Part shown: positions 49,573 through 61,246 of the stretch, piece after piece | Numbering within the stretch: the first letter of the stretch is position 1 | How the letters are laid out: each line of letters starts with the position of its first letter | Assembly (NCBI RefSeq): GCF_006345805.1 | Contig: NC_043001.1 | Span: 133,238,001-133,302,000, forward strand | Length of the DNA stretch: 64,000 nt | Reading direction: 5' to 3' | Origin: Octopus sinensis | Taxonomy: Eukaryota | Translations under genes and position numbers: made by a program | Notes under the pieces: model-generated | What the model saw: only the letters and a program-made list of their open reading frames with translations | The model's database searches: none | What the model was told of the DNA's origin: nothing

Positions 49573-49980
49573 CAGGCGCAGGAGTGGCTGTGTGGTAAGT
49601 AGCTTGCTAACCAACCACATGGTTCCGGGTTCAGTCCCACTGCGTAGCATCTTGGGCAAGTGTCTTCTGCTATAGCCCCGGGCCGACCAATGCCTTGTGA
49701 GTGGATTTGGTAGACAGAAACTGAAAGAAGCCTGTCATATATATGTATATATATATATATGTGTGTGTATGTGTTTGTGTGTCTATTTGTCTCCCTAGCA
49801 TTGCTTGACAACCGATGCTGGTGTGTTTATGTCCCCGTCACTTAGCGGTTTGGCAAAAAGAGACCGATAGATTAAGTACTGGGCATCTAAAGAATAATTC
49901 CTGGGGTCGATTTGCTCGACTAAAGGCAGTGCTCCAGAATGGCCGCAGTCAATTGACTGAAACAAGTAAAAGAGTAAGAG
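49573..49980 (+). mobile_element. SINE family B
   Basis: Full-length. Further copies or fragments at about 60160-60470, 60547-60950, 61996-62135, 63540-63720 and 63858-64000. Confidence 0.88.
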
Positions 49981-50089
49981 TATATTTCATGTGAAAAAAA
50001 AAGCTATATCATGAAATCTACCAGGATTTACAGTTATAGAATTTAAACCCTGGGACTTTCCAGCTAGGCACTTTACCCACTTGTTCTTT

Positions 50090-50357
50090 CACGTTACCTG
50101 TGCTTATGACAATATTCCTTTGTTTCTTTCTTATCCACATTGCATCCCTTTTATGCACCACATTGTTTCCTCACAATCCACTCCAGAACTCTTTGGTTTG
50201 ATTTGCATCAGGAGCAACATTTTCATCATTGTCTCCTTCTAATGTTCAGAAGAATTGCTTCAGGTTATTTTTTAACAATCTGTTCTCAAACTGTTTATTT
50301 CTGTTTACAAGCAAGTCTTCTGATCTTCTGGATTTTTGCCATGATCTTCTGTTTTGG
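50090..50357 (-). mobile_element. R4-like LINE fragment (pre-RT region)
   Basis: NRLLKNNLKQFF...APDANQTKEFWSGL...HKRDAMWI with stops. Confidence 0.55.
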
Positions 50358-50741
50358 ATGGAAGCACTCCATCGGTTACGACGACGAGGGTTCCGGTCGA
50401 TCCGATCAATGGAACAGCCTGCTCGTGAAATTAACGTGTAAGTGGCTGAGCACTCCACAGACACGTGTACCCTTAACGTAGTTCTCGGGGATATTCAGCG
50501 TGACACAGAGTGTGACAAGGCCGGCCCTTTGAAATACAGGTACAACAGAAACAGGAAGTAAGAGTGAGAGAAAGTTGTGGTGAAAGAGTACAGCAGGGAT
50601 CACCACCATCCCCTGCCAGAGCCTCGTGGAGCTTTAGGTGTTTTCGCTCAATAAACACTCACAACGCCCAGTCTGGGAATCGAAACTGCGATCCTACGAC
50701 CGTGAGTCCGCTGCCCTAACCACTGGGCCATTGCGCCTCCA
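50358..50741 (-). mobile_element. SINE family A
   Basis: Full-length. Another copy at about 51555-51920 (-). Confidence 0.88.
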
Positions 50742-50908
50742 CTCTTCTGTTTTAACTACTCTATTACTGCATCAAACCCGTTCTTCCGTATTTTATATTT
50801 CTTTAATTTTTCTCGGTCGTTTTTTTTCCCCATTTCCTCTTAACCATTGCTCAATTTTTCCTAGATCTTGCCTTGCCCGCATTATGTCCCTTTCTTACTT
50901 TATTTATC

Positions 50909-51323
50909 TATTTCTTTACTACCCACAAGGAGCTAAACACAGAGAGGACAAACAAGGACAGACAAATGGATTAAGTCGATTATATCGACCCCAGTGCGTA
51001 ACTGGTACTTATTTAATCGACCCCGAAAGGATGAAAGGCAAAGTCGACCTTGGCGGAATTTGAACTCAGAACGTAACGACAGATGAAATACCTATTTCTT
51101 TATTACCCACAAGGGGCTAAACATAGAGGGGACAAACAAGGACAGACATAGGTATTAAGTCGATTACATCAACCCCAGTGCATAACTGGTACTTAATTTA
51201 TCGACCCCGAAAGGATGAAAGGCAAAGTCAACCTCGGCGGAATTTGAACTCACAACGTAACGGCAAGCGAAATACCGTTAAGCATTTCGCCCGTCGTGCT
51301 AACGTTTCTGCCAGCTCTCCGCC
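50909..51323 (-). mobile_element. Tandem dimer of SINE family C flanked by a 76-bp direct repeat
   Basis: Direct repeats at 50833-50908 and 51326-51401 with 2 mismatches. Confidence 0.85.
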
Positions 51324-52104
51324 TTTTTCCTCTTAACCATTGCTTAATTTTTCCTAGATCTTGCCTTGCCCACATTATGTCCCTTTCTTACTTTATTTAT
51401 CATACTCCTATGTACCCTTCTCATATTCATGGGTATTTTTTCTTCTGGAGCATTCATGAACTCGGTGAGTCATCTTTGAATTTCCAGCAATTCATTATCT
51501 AAGTTGGTTCATTTCCTCTGCATGTCCACTCACCACAGTGTCAGGGTTTACTGTGGAAGCACTCTGTCGGTTACGATGACGAGGGTTCCGGTTGATCCGA
51601 ATCAACGGAACAGCCTGCTCGTGAAATTAACGTGTAAGTGGCTGAGCACTCCACAGACACGTGTACCCTTAACGTAGTTCTTGGGATATTCAGCATGACA
51701 CAGAGAGTGACAAGGCCGGCCCTTTGAAATACAGGTACAACAGAAACAGGAAGTAAGAGAGAGAAAGTTGTGGTGAAAGAGTACAGCAGGGATCACCACC
51801 ACCCCCTGCTGGAGCATCGTGGAGCTTTTAGGTGTTTTCGCTCAATAAACACTCACAACGCCCGGTCTGGGAATCGAAACCGCGAGTCCGCTGCCCTAAC
51901 CACTGGGCCATTGCGCCTCCAAGAGTTTACTGTATAACGTTTTTGTTCCTCATCCTTAACAGCCCCGTCACCATTTCCCTGTTCCTCCTGTCTACTCTTC
52001 TCTCTGCTTTCAACTCTTAGCTCTCTGTTTTCAACTCCGACCATCCTTTGTAGCCCATCCGCAGGGTGTCTCAGACTCCCACCAATCTATTGTTATTATT
52101 ATTA

Positions 52105-52410
52105 TTATTCATTGTTTAATGTCCGTTCTCCATGCTAGCATGGGTTGGATGGTTCGACCGGGGATCTGGGAAGCCAGAAGGCTGCACCAGGCTCCAGTCT
52201 GATCTGGCAGTGTTTCTACAGCTGGATGCCCTTCCTAACGCCAACCACTCCATGAGTGTAGTGGGTGCTTTTTACGTGCCACCGGCACAGGTGCCAGGCA
52301 AGGCTGGCAACAGTCACAATCGGATTGGTGCTTTTTACGTGCCACCAGTACGGAAGCCAGTCAAGGCGGCACTGGCATCGGCCACGAGTCGGATAGTGCT
52401 TTTTACGTGA
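52105..52410 (-). mobile_element. RTE 3' UTR fragment
   Basis: Same conserved 3' UTR with tandem units. Confidence 0.75.
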
Positions 52411-52411
52411 A

Positions 52412-52443
<32 letters not shown>

Positions 52444-52630
52444 TAAGACGTCGCATAGTATCCAGTATCATGATATTGTTAATTGAAGATATTGTGTCTA
52501 CCGGGGTTTTGTACTGTTTGTCAAGTCGCAACAAGGACCTTAGGCAAACAGTACTTTACACAATATGCGTGCAGTTCTAAGTATTTCTAAAGTTTCCAGA
52601 TGTTTCTTCAGGCTGGGTAGTATTGAACCT
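52412..52630 (-). mobile_element. Extreme 3' end of an RLE-type LINE
   Basis: SLKKHLETLEILRTARILCKVLFA* then a short UTR and (AAT)n. Confidence 0.6.
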
Positions 52631-53469
52631 GTAAGAATGACCATGCAAAAAGGAGAGGTGACGAATGAATGACTCCTTTAATACACTGCACGGTCGCTTA
52701 CAATAAAAGTCAAAATATGGCTAAATGAGTACGAGTGCCAGAAGGAAAAGAAGGAGACACAACCTTAGAATGTTTAAGAGAAAGATTTTATTTATGTGTT
52801 AACGTGTGTGTGTGCGTCGTAAGTACATATATAATGACAATAGACAGGCCGTCATGCATACATAATGTGTAAGTGCGTACAAACAAGAGTTTGTACAGAG
52901 CATAGAAAGAGTCTATAACAGGATGTTAGAAGAATGTTCTTGCACAATGAAGATAAATACCAGTTCGTAGTAAGGTACACAATAGTTGAAGAGCTGTAAC
53001 AAGAAGTTGTGGCGTAGAAGCAGAGCCGGTTGAAGCACGTGTCATGTAAGAAGTTGTGGCTACTATGCCGCTGCTGGTTACTTGATACAAGATCTCGCAG
53101 GTTGTACTTGCTGTTAACCATGGTGAAATAATTCACAAACAGTGTGGAGTTGATCCTGAGCGAATGTTATTGTGTATGTAGAGATGTTGTTGACATTAAG
53201 ACGGAGGCGACAGAGATGGAGGTCCTGATGCTGCTGGTGTTTTCTGTCGCTGGAACTGGCTGTGTGCTCTGTGGTCAGTGGTTAGATCTAGAACCAAAGA
53301 CGAAATACGGTTTTGAAAACTAGCTTTTTATAGGGACCAGTAGGTTCCAATGGAGATTTCGAAGACTGTGTCACGGGACCTTATCAGAAGGCTACGGTTG
53401 GTTGGGTTGCACATTGGCGTGTAATAGAGCAAGAGACAAATTGCGCCAATACCAACCAATCAGAGTAGT

Positions 53470-53862
53470 TATTATTATTATTATTATTATTATTGTTATT
53501 AATATTGCCTTTGCACAGCTTCTAATGCTGGAGATGTACTGTCGTGTCAGCTGTTCACTACCAGTGAACTAGGGTAACACCTCTTATTTTTCGAGCACCT
53601 TCTGGAGTATTCGAGTGGTTCCAAGCAGTGCTATTTTCTGCAAGTGTTCCACCCTTATTGCAGCCCCTATTTGTTCCACGTACTTCTCGAGAATTTTGCT
53701 CACTGTTCCTAGGGCTCCAACAATAACTGGTACTACTGCTACCTTTTTAATCAACCACAACTGCTTAACTTCCCAAGCTAACCTCTCATATCTCTCAACT
53801 TTTCTTTCTTCTTTATGGCATACCTTGTTGTCGGCCGGTCATGCTATAACTATGATCCAGGA
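53470..53862 (-). mobile_element. 3' end of an RLE-type (R4/NeSL-like) non-LTR retrotransposon
   Basis: KEERKVERYERLAWEVKQLW...VVPVIVGALGTV...LQKIALLGTTRILQKVL; (AAT)n tail. Confidence 0.75.
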
Positions 53863-53864
53863 AG

Positions 53865-54432
53865 TTATCCATGGATTCCAGCCCAAAAGTCCTCTGGAAG
53901 AGACTAGCCAGCTCATTCTCATCGACAATCAGAGTTTCCCTGAAAACGTTGTCGCACTTGCCCATCACTAAACCACTATAGAAAGCATTGCCTGACCGAC
54001 AGAGGATTGTGAGTGCCTGACGACACTCTAGATGCTTCAGTCTGTGCTTGATCCAGGACTGCAACACGGACAAAAAACCGAGCTGTGGGAAATTGTGTCT
54101 GAAAAATGGTGACCACACTTGCTCACTATTAAGATGCTGTAGCCTCAATGCATCACGATGTACTTAACCCTTCATTCAGCAAGTGTTGACAGCAAATGCA
54201 GTGCCTGACTAGCTAAACACATTCTTTCCATAGAGTCAGACGTATACTGAAGCAAGGCACGAAGGTCAGGCGATGTATGCGTTCGCCACCTCTCCCCGGC
54301 TTTTCAAGGATAGCTTTCTCCTGATCCATTTCTGGGTAAGGCTGGCCACCCTGCTCATCACCTCGTCCCAGTTCTTCTCCATTTGGAGATCGGGACCAAA
54401 CCAGACCTCAAGCAATTTACCCAGTCTCTCCA
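53865..54432 (-). mobile_element. L1/Tx1-clade LINE fragment
   Basis: GKLLEVWFGPDLQMEKNWDEVMSRVASLTQKWIRRKLSLKSRGEVANAYIA, from the region downstream of the RT core. Confidence 0.75.
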
Positions 54433-54782
54433 TCAAGCATTCCACAATGTTATTGGCTGGCATGGACCTACACACACGTATTACGTGTATGTGTGTGTGG
54501 GTGGGTGCATGTCTTTGTGCATGCAAGCATGTGTCTGTTGGTTTGTTTACAGCTGTCATTACTTGTACGAATCTGCATATAGCCGATTGTCAGTTTCTTC
54601 TTTCAACAAATTGCCCAGTTCACTCACTTTTTGTCTTCAAAACCGTGTGGACTGAGAGATCCCTTCCTTGAAAAACAGGAAAAAATTAGCATCAGGAAGG
54701 GCATCTAATAGTAAAACAATGCCTCAAAGAATATATTTATTCAATCGACGTAAGCATGGAAAAATGAGACGTAAAATGAACG

Positions 54783-55765
54783 TGTATGTATGTATGTATG
54801 TATATATGTATATATGTATGTGTGTGTGTATGTATGTATGTATGTATGTATGTATGTATGTATGTGTGTGTGTATGTATGTATGTGTGTATGTATGTATG
54901 TATGTATGTATGTATGTGTGTGTGTGTATGTATGTATGTGTGTATGTATGTATGTATTATGTATATATGTGTGTATGTATGTATGTATGTATGTATATAT
55001 GTATGTTTGTGTATGTATGTATGTATGTGTGTATGTATGTATGTATGTATGTTTGTGTATGTATGTATGTATGTATGTATGTATGTAGTATGTATGTGTG
55101 TGTATGTATGTATGTATGTGTGTTTATGTATGTATGTTTGTCAGCAATGGTCTTCCTCGGTCAAGATTTCTTACCAATAGAGAAAGAAACGGTTTCTAAC
55201 CTAGATCCAAGGTTCCTTCATTGGAATTTCAACATCAACAACAGGGTGTTTTTGTTTGCATATGTGTATGTATATATGTATGTATGTATATATGTATGTA
55301 TGTATGTATGTATATGTATGTGTGTGGTATGTATGTATGATGTATGTATGTATGTATGTTGTATTGTGTGTGTATGTATGTATGTGTGTATGTAGTATGT
55401 ATGTATGTATGTGTGTGTGTGTGTATGTATGTATGTGTGTGTGTATGTATGTATGTATATATGTGTGTATGTATGTATGTATGTATGTATATATGTATGT
55501 TTGTGTATGTATGTATGTATGTGTGTATGTATGTATGTATGTATGTTTGTGTATGTATGTATGTATGTATGTATGTATGTATGTATGTATGTGTGTGTAT
55601 GTATGTATGTATGTGTGTTTATGTATGTATGTTTGTCAGCAATGGTCTTCCTCGGTCAAGATTTCTTACCAATAGAGAAAGAAACGGTTTCTAACCTAGA
55701 TCCAAGGTTCCTTCATTGGAATTTCAACATCAACAACAGGGTGTTTTTGTTTGCATATGTGTATG

Positions 55766-55799
<34 letters not shown>

Positions 55800-55869
55800 T
55801 GTATGTATGTGTGTATGTGTGTGTGTATGTATGTATGTGTGTATGTATGTATGTATGTGTGTGTGTATG

Positions 55870-55935
<66 letters not shown>

Positions 55936-55943
55936 TGTATGTG
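54783..55943. repeat. (TATG)n microsatellite with a duplicated about 130-bp unique insert (period 495 bp)
   Basis: tcagcaatggtcttcctcgg...gcatatg at 55141 and at 55636. Confidence 0.92.
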
Positions 55944-56133
55944 CCGATTTGTATGTTTTACTTTATGTATATATTCTTATGTATATAGTTGCATATCTAG
56001 ATATGCTCATATATTGTTAACTGCCATGACACTGCATCCTTTAAGGCCCTCATGCTTTCCGAAATCCGCCGAAACTACACCTGATTATATATACACTTTA
56101 GATGAGTTGTACTGCACCTGAGCACTGTACACA

Positions 56134-56149
<16 letters not shown>

Positions 56150-56164
<15 letters not shown>

Positions 56165-56545
56165 TTAAATGATAAACTTCTGGAAAGTTTTACAGATTTT
56201 TACAGTTCCAGTGATGGATTGGATCTGTATCCTTCAAATTAGCTTTCTCCTTTCTGGTTTTGAGAAGCCTAATTTCTCAAGATTGGTATTTAGGCAGTGT
56301 GTTACATATCCCAGGGCTCCAATATTTACAGGTATAAACCTGAACTTGTAACCTGGATAGTGTAACTGCAGATTTCTCAATAGTTCAGCATAGGGGTTCT
56401 CTTTTTCACTGATCATTAGCTTTATGTTAACATCCACTGGGCAGCTAATTTCAACAGTTGTGCACAGTTTCTCTTCTCTATCCCAAATCATTATATAAGG
56501 TCTGTTGTGCTTACTTATTTTAAGATTTTCACTTGGACATTCCAC
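56150..56545 (-). mobile_element. RLE endonuclease fragment of a different R2-group family
   Basis: HNRPYIMIWDREEKLCTTVEISCPVDVNI...FIPVNIGALGYV. Confidence 0.75.
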
Positions 56546-57536
56546 CAGTATTCCTTTTTATTATGAGTGGCTATTGCTTCTACCATATTGTGGGTTCTTA
56601 TTTCGTTGTCCTCAGGATTATCCTTCCGACGGATTTCATATGTATGTGTCTATATACATACACCCACACCTACACCCAACATCCATATATTATGTTAAAT
56701 CAGCTGAGACTTCTTTGAAGTTGTGTTGTGTTTGTGCATTTGCCAAAATAGAATTTCACATTATTATTTTTTTTAATTTTTCCTAGTTTCAGCTCAGAGC
56801 TGGGGCCATGCTGATGCACCGCCGTTTTGTGCTACACTGTTATTACGACGAACCTCGTCTAATATGTGGCACTTGGTGAATAATGGAGTTTGATATAGCT
56901 ACTCTCATTTGCAACTCTTGCCGTGAGGTAGGTTCATCTGGGACTCTTGACAGGAAGATGTCCAGCTTTGATTTAAAAACCGCTACATCTACTTTGTGCA
57001 AGTTCCTCAGACTTTTTGTTATACAGTAGCTTTTCTATTCTCATTTATATAATAAATCTGTAGAAACTAGCACTTCCTTTCCCAAGCTTAGATTTGAAAC
57101 CGAATCTAAGGATTCTCGCTCGTCTGAGCCGCCACTTACCAAACAGGCACGAAAGAAAATTTCTTTGTCCTGTCAAAAAAATGATCGATTGTCTCCCTTT
57201 GACCCAACAGCAAATGCAAATCCCGTAAAAAAATTTATTTAAACTATATGTCGATGTCATTCCATTATTTACCCCGAAGGCATCCACATGCCTATCCTAT
57301 CTGTTACCCCCAACAAATTGTGATACACCTTTTCTACCATATTTGGTTACCCCGTCAAAGAATTGCAGCCTTCCCTTGAACCAGCTTCACCAACTTAAGA
57401 GCTCTCTGTATGCTTACACACACTTGCAACACTCACATTCTCGTGTGTGCTAAAAGACACCCTACCTCTAGTGGGTTGTGTAATCAATAGTTGCATATCT
57501 CTTTCAACGCGCCGACATGTTTCTGCCGAGGCAGTC

Positions 57537-57618
57537 GACCGTGGATCGTCTGAGGCACCACTGACCGTGGATCGTCTGAGGCACCACTGACCATGGATCG
57601 TCTGAGGCACCACTGACC
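57537..57618. repeat. 26-bp minisatellite, 3 units
   Basis: gaccgtggatcgtctgaggcaccact x3 with no spacers. Confidence 0.9.
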
Positions 57619-57828
57619 AAACAGGTGCAAAAGAAATTTTCTTTGTCCTTTCAAAAAAATGATTGATCGTCTCCCTTTGACCTGCGACCTTGGCCAAGTC
57701 AGACGAAGTTCAAATGGACAAGAGCTGACCTACCTAGGCACAATCTCTCATGCGGTATGTCTGTCCTTCTAGCTGCCACGACAGGTTATAAATACCGTGG
57801 TCAGCAAAGGGACAGACAGAAAGGGTCT

Positions 57829-58290
57829 GCGAGCTGGCAGAAACGTTAGCACGCTGGGCGAAATGCTTCGCGGTATTTCGTCTGAGTTCAAATTCCGCTG
57901 AGGTCGACTTTGCCTTTCATCCTTTCGGGGTCGATTAAATAAATACCTATTTCTTTATTACCCACAATGGGCTAAACATAGAGGGGACAAACAAGGACAG
58001 ACATAGGTATTAAGTCGATTACATCGACCCCAGTGCGTAACTGGTGCTTAATTTATCGACCCCGAAAGGATGAAAGGCAAAGTCGACCTCGGCGGAATTT
58101 GAACTCAGAACGTAACGGCAGACGAAATACCGCTAAGCATTTCGCCCGGCGTGCTAACGTTTCTGCCAGCTTGCCGCCTTAAATAAGTACCAGTTACGCA
58201 CTGGGGTCGATGTAATTGACTTAATCCGTTTGTCTGTCTTTGTTTGTCCCCCTCTGAGTTTAGCCCCTTGTGGGCAATAAAGAAATAAGA
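57829..58290. mobile_element. SINE C (+) interrupted by an antisense SINE C
   Basis: Insert flanked by TTAAATAA at 57935-57942 and 58179-58186. Confidence 0.85.
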
Positions 58291-59443
58291 AAGGATCTGG
58301 GACGCAAACAGAGGCGGACGAAATAGCCGACCAGTATTTTCTCAGATGAACAACGAACACACAGGCACAAAACATATTCAGTTCTACCACATCATATCCA
58401 CAGATGGATCCTGTTGATACAATTTGTCGCCATAGTGAAAAATACCAACAGCAAATGCAAATCCCGTAAATAAATTATTTAAACTATAAACCGATATCAT
58501 TCCATTATTTATCGCATCTGTTATCTCTACACTCTCTAATATCCACCTTGGATCTTTCCACTACAAATCCTTTATATTTTTTTATTTTTAATCTCTGCTG
58601 GTTTGTACATAAATTGCAAACTTAGTTTGACTTCAATATTCTTAGCATGTGACGTCTTCTATGAATCTGGTTCATATCTCAAGTGACTTGCTATGACATG
58701 TACATCGACATTAGATTTAGTAAATAACTTTAAAAAAATTTTAACTGTTTATAAAATATTGATTTATTACTTAGTTAGAGTTTTCTATTGTTACTACAGG
58801 CGTAATAGTAATAACTTACAATCATAAACTATTCCTAGTTGTCATAGTAATATCGATTTTATATGTTTTCTTTATAAACTCAATGCCCGAGTGTCACAGC
58901 TTGCTGTCTTTCTATTTGCTTGCTTCAGTGACCGCACAAAACACAAATGATTCATCAAAGTTTTCGATCAAAGTGTACATTTAAAATCAATTAGCACATG
59001 GACTCCTTTCTTCTGATTATACACAGAAAAATGCACGTAGCACCAATACAAAAGGGGAACCGGCGACACATATACCAAATGGGGTTAATTAGAGTAAATT
59101 GTATTCGTGAAATACAGTTGTTCTGAATTTGCAGTAAGAAGAAGTCACCGTTGGTAGTGGTGGGTGGGGGTCGCTAGGAGTGTCCCCTGGGTCCCAAGGG
59201 AGCGACAATCTGAAAGAATTTGGGTATCCCTGCCTTACACGAATGTCCAGCACAGAATCAAAGAGACAATAACAAAATCTACCTGTGACGTCTATCCTAG
59301 TTTCTGGGAACTTTCCAATGCTGATATGTAAAGTGAAACAAATAATCATGTTGCCATGATATTGAATATTCATATCAATAGCATTCAACCAAAAGATTAC
59401 CTCACATATCCGCTTTAAACTTTAGATACCACCTGGCAACAAA

Positions 59444-59452
59444 ATGGTGAGT
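59444..59452 (+). other. Candidate first exon ending in ATG (start codon followed directly by a splice donor) of an unidentified gene
   Basis: gcaacaaaATG|GTGAGT in a non-repetitive, CpG-retaining island (about 58.8-59.5 kb). No downstream exon found in the window. Confidence 0.3.
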
Positions 59453-60243
59453 AGACGTAATATATTTAGCTCGGCAAAATTGAACATCGTATTGACATTA
59501 TGTTTATTGTGTTGATGTATTTTATGTAACAAACATTACAACATCTTTCTCACAATAATTTAGATCATCTCACATATTTGTTACAGAAGTACTACTAATC
59601 AAAAACCATTTTTAATTGTTAACATCCTAATGGATCACTCAAGTACTTGCTGAAAAATCAATACTTCATTGACTGTTGCTAGCAAACATTAATGTATGTT
59701 TGTTTGTGTGTGTGTATGTGTGTGTGTATCTGTGTGTACCTCTCTCTCCTTGTGTGATCATGTCTCCTTGTGTGCCAACGGCATGCAAAACGTAACATTC
59801 GAACATGATCAATGCCAGTGCCACCTGACTGGACCCCATGCCAGTCACACTTGCCAGTCACACTTGAAAAGTGTCCTCAGTCAAACCGGTCCTCAGTCAA
59901 ACCGTCCAACCCATGCCAGCATGGAAAGCAGACGTTAAACGATGATGAAGATGTATAATGATATATATATAATTATGATAGATTGTTACCCATTCAATGT
60001 TTAGGTAAACTTTGTCACCCACTCACTCTTTCTTTCTCTCTCTTTCTCTCACTCACTCTTTCTCTCTCACTCATTCTCTCTCTCCCTACACAAAAAGGAA
60101 ACAGATTTCAGCGCTAAAAATTGCAAAGGGAAAAATCTATATTCGGGATTATTATATATGTCCCCTCCAACATCGCTTGACAACCAATGGTGGTGTGTTT
60201 ACGCCCCCGTAACATAGCGGTTCGGCAAAAGAAACCGATAGAA

Positions 60244-60337
60244 GGATCTTTTCATTTTGTGACACATTCTACCAGTATACGAAGTTTCAAATTGTTTAGT
60301 TAACTAGGAAAATCTGGCCTTCAAAATGAAAAGATCC
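60244..60337. mobile_element. 94-bp mini-MITE (Merlin-like) inserted in a SINE
   Basis: Perfect 16-bp TIR GGATCTTTTCATTTTG / CAAAATGAAAAGATCC. 9-bp TSD CCGATAGAA (60235-60243, 60338-60346). The site is single-copy in other copies of the host SINE. Confidence 0.9.
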
Positions 60338-61109
60338 CCGATAGAATAAGTACTAGGCTTACAAAGAATAAGTCCTGGGGTCGATTTGCTCGACTAAAGG
60401 TGGTGCTCCAGTATGGTCGGAGTCAAATGACTGAAACAGGTAAAAAAGAGAGTAAAAGGGAAAAGAGAGTATATTATATACAGTGATTTTAAAAGGTATG
60501 AAAAAGATATATTTGTTTTAATATACTTTTGCTTGTTTCATACACATAGTGTGGTAAGTAGCTTGTTAACCAGCCACATGGTTCTCGGTTCAGTCCCACT
60601 GCATGGCATCTTGGGCAAGTGTCTTCTGCTATAGCCTCGGGCCGACCAATGCCTTGTGAGTGGATTTGGTAGACGGAAACTGAAAGAAGCCTGTCGTATA
60701 TATGTATGTATATATATGTGTATGTATGTGTATGTTTGTGTGTCTGTGTTTGTCCCTCTAGCATTGCTTGACAACCGACGCTGGTGTGTTTACGTGCCCG
60801 TTACTTAGCGGTTCGGCAAAAGAGACCGATAGAATAAGTACTGGGCTTACAAAGAATAAGTCCCGGGGTCGAGTTGCTCGATTAAAGGCGGTGCTCCAGC
60901 ATGGCCGCAGTCAAAATGACTGAAACAAGTAAAAGAGAGAGAAAGAGAGAGATACACAAACTAATGTGTTTTACTTTTTTTAGATTAATTGTTTATCATT
61001 CGTTATTTCTCCACTGACTTCGGTACCACTCTAACTTCTATAACCTCTGCATTTTCACTCATTCATTTCAAACTTCTTTGAATTTCCAATCAAAAGTATA
61101 TCCACACTA

Positions 61110-61200
61110 GAATCTTTTCTTTTGACACATTCTACCAGTATAGGAAGTTTCAAATTTTTTAGTTAACTAGGAAAATCTGGCCTTCAAAATGAAAAGATCC
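61110..61200. mobile_element. 91-bp mini-MITE, second copy
   Basis: GAATCTTTTC...GAAAAGATCC with 8-bp TSD CCACACTA/CCACACTC. Interior matches 60244-60337 and 30450-30530. Confidence 0.85.
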
Positions 61201-61246
61201 CCACACTCTCTATAAAACGTATTTCTGCAAAATGTTATCTAAAATT

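Noticed and set aside
57537-57618. 26-bp repeats as a CRISPR array
   Set aside because: No spacers; a simple minisatellite.
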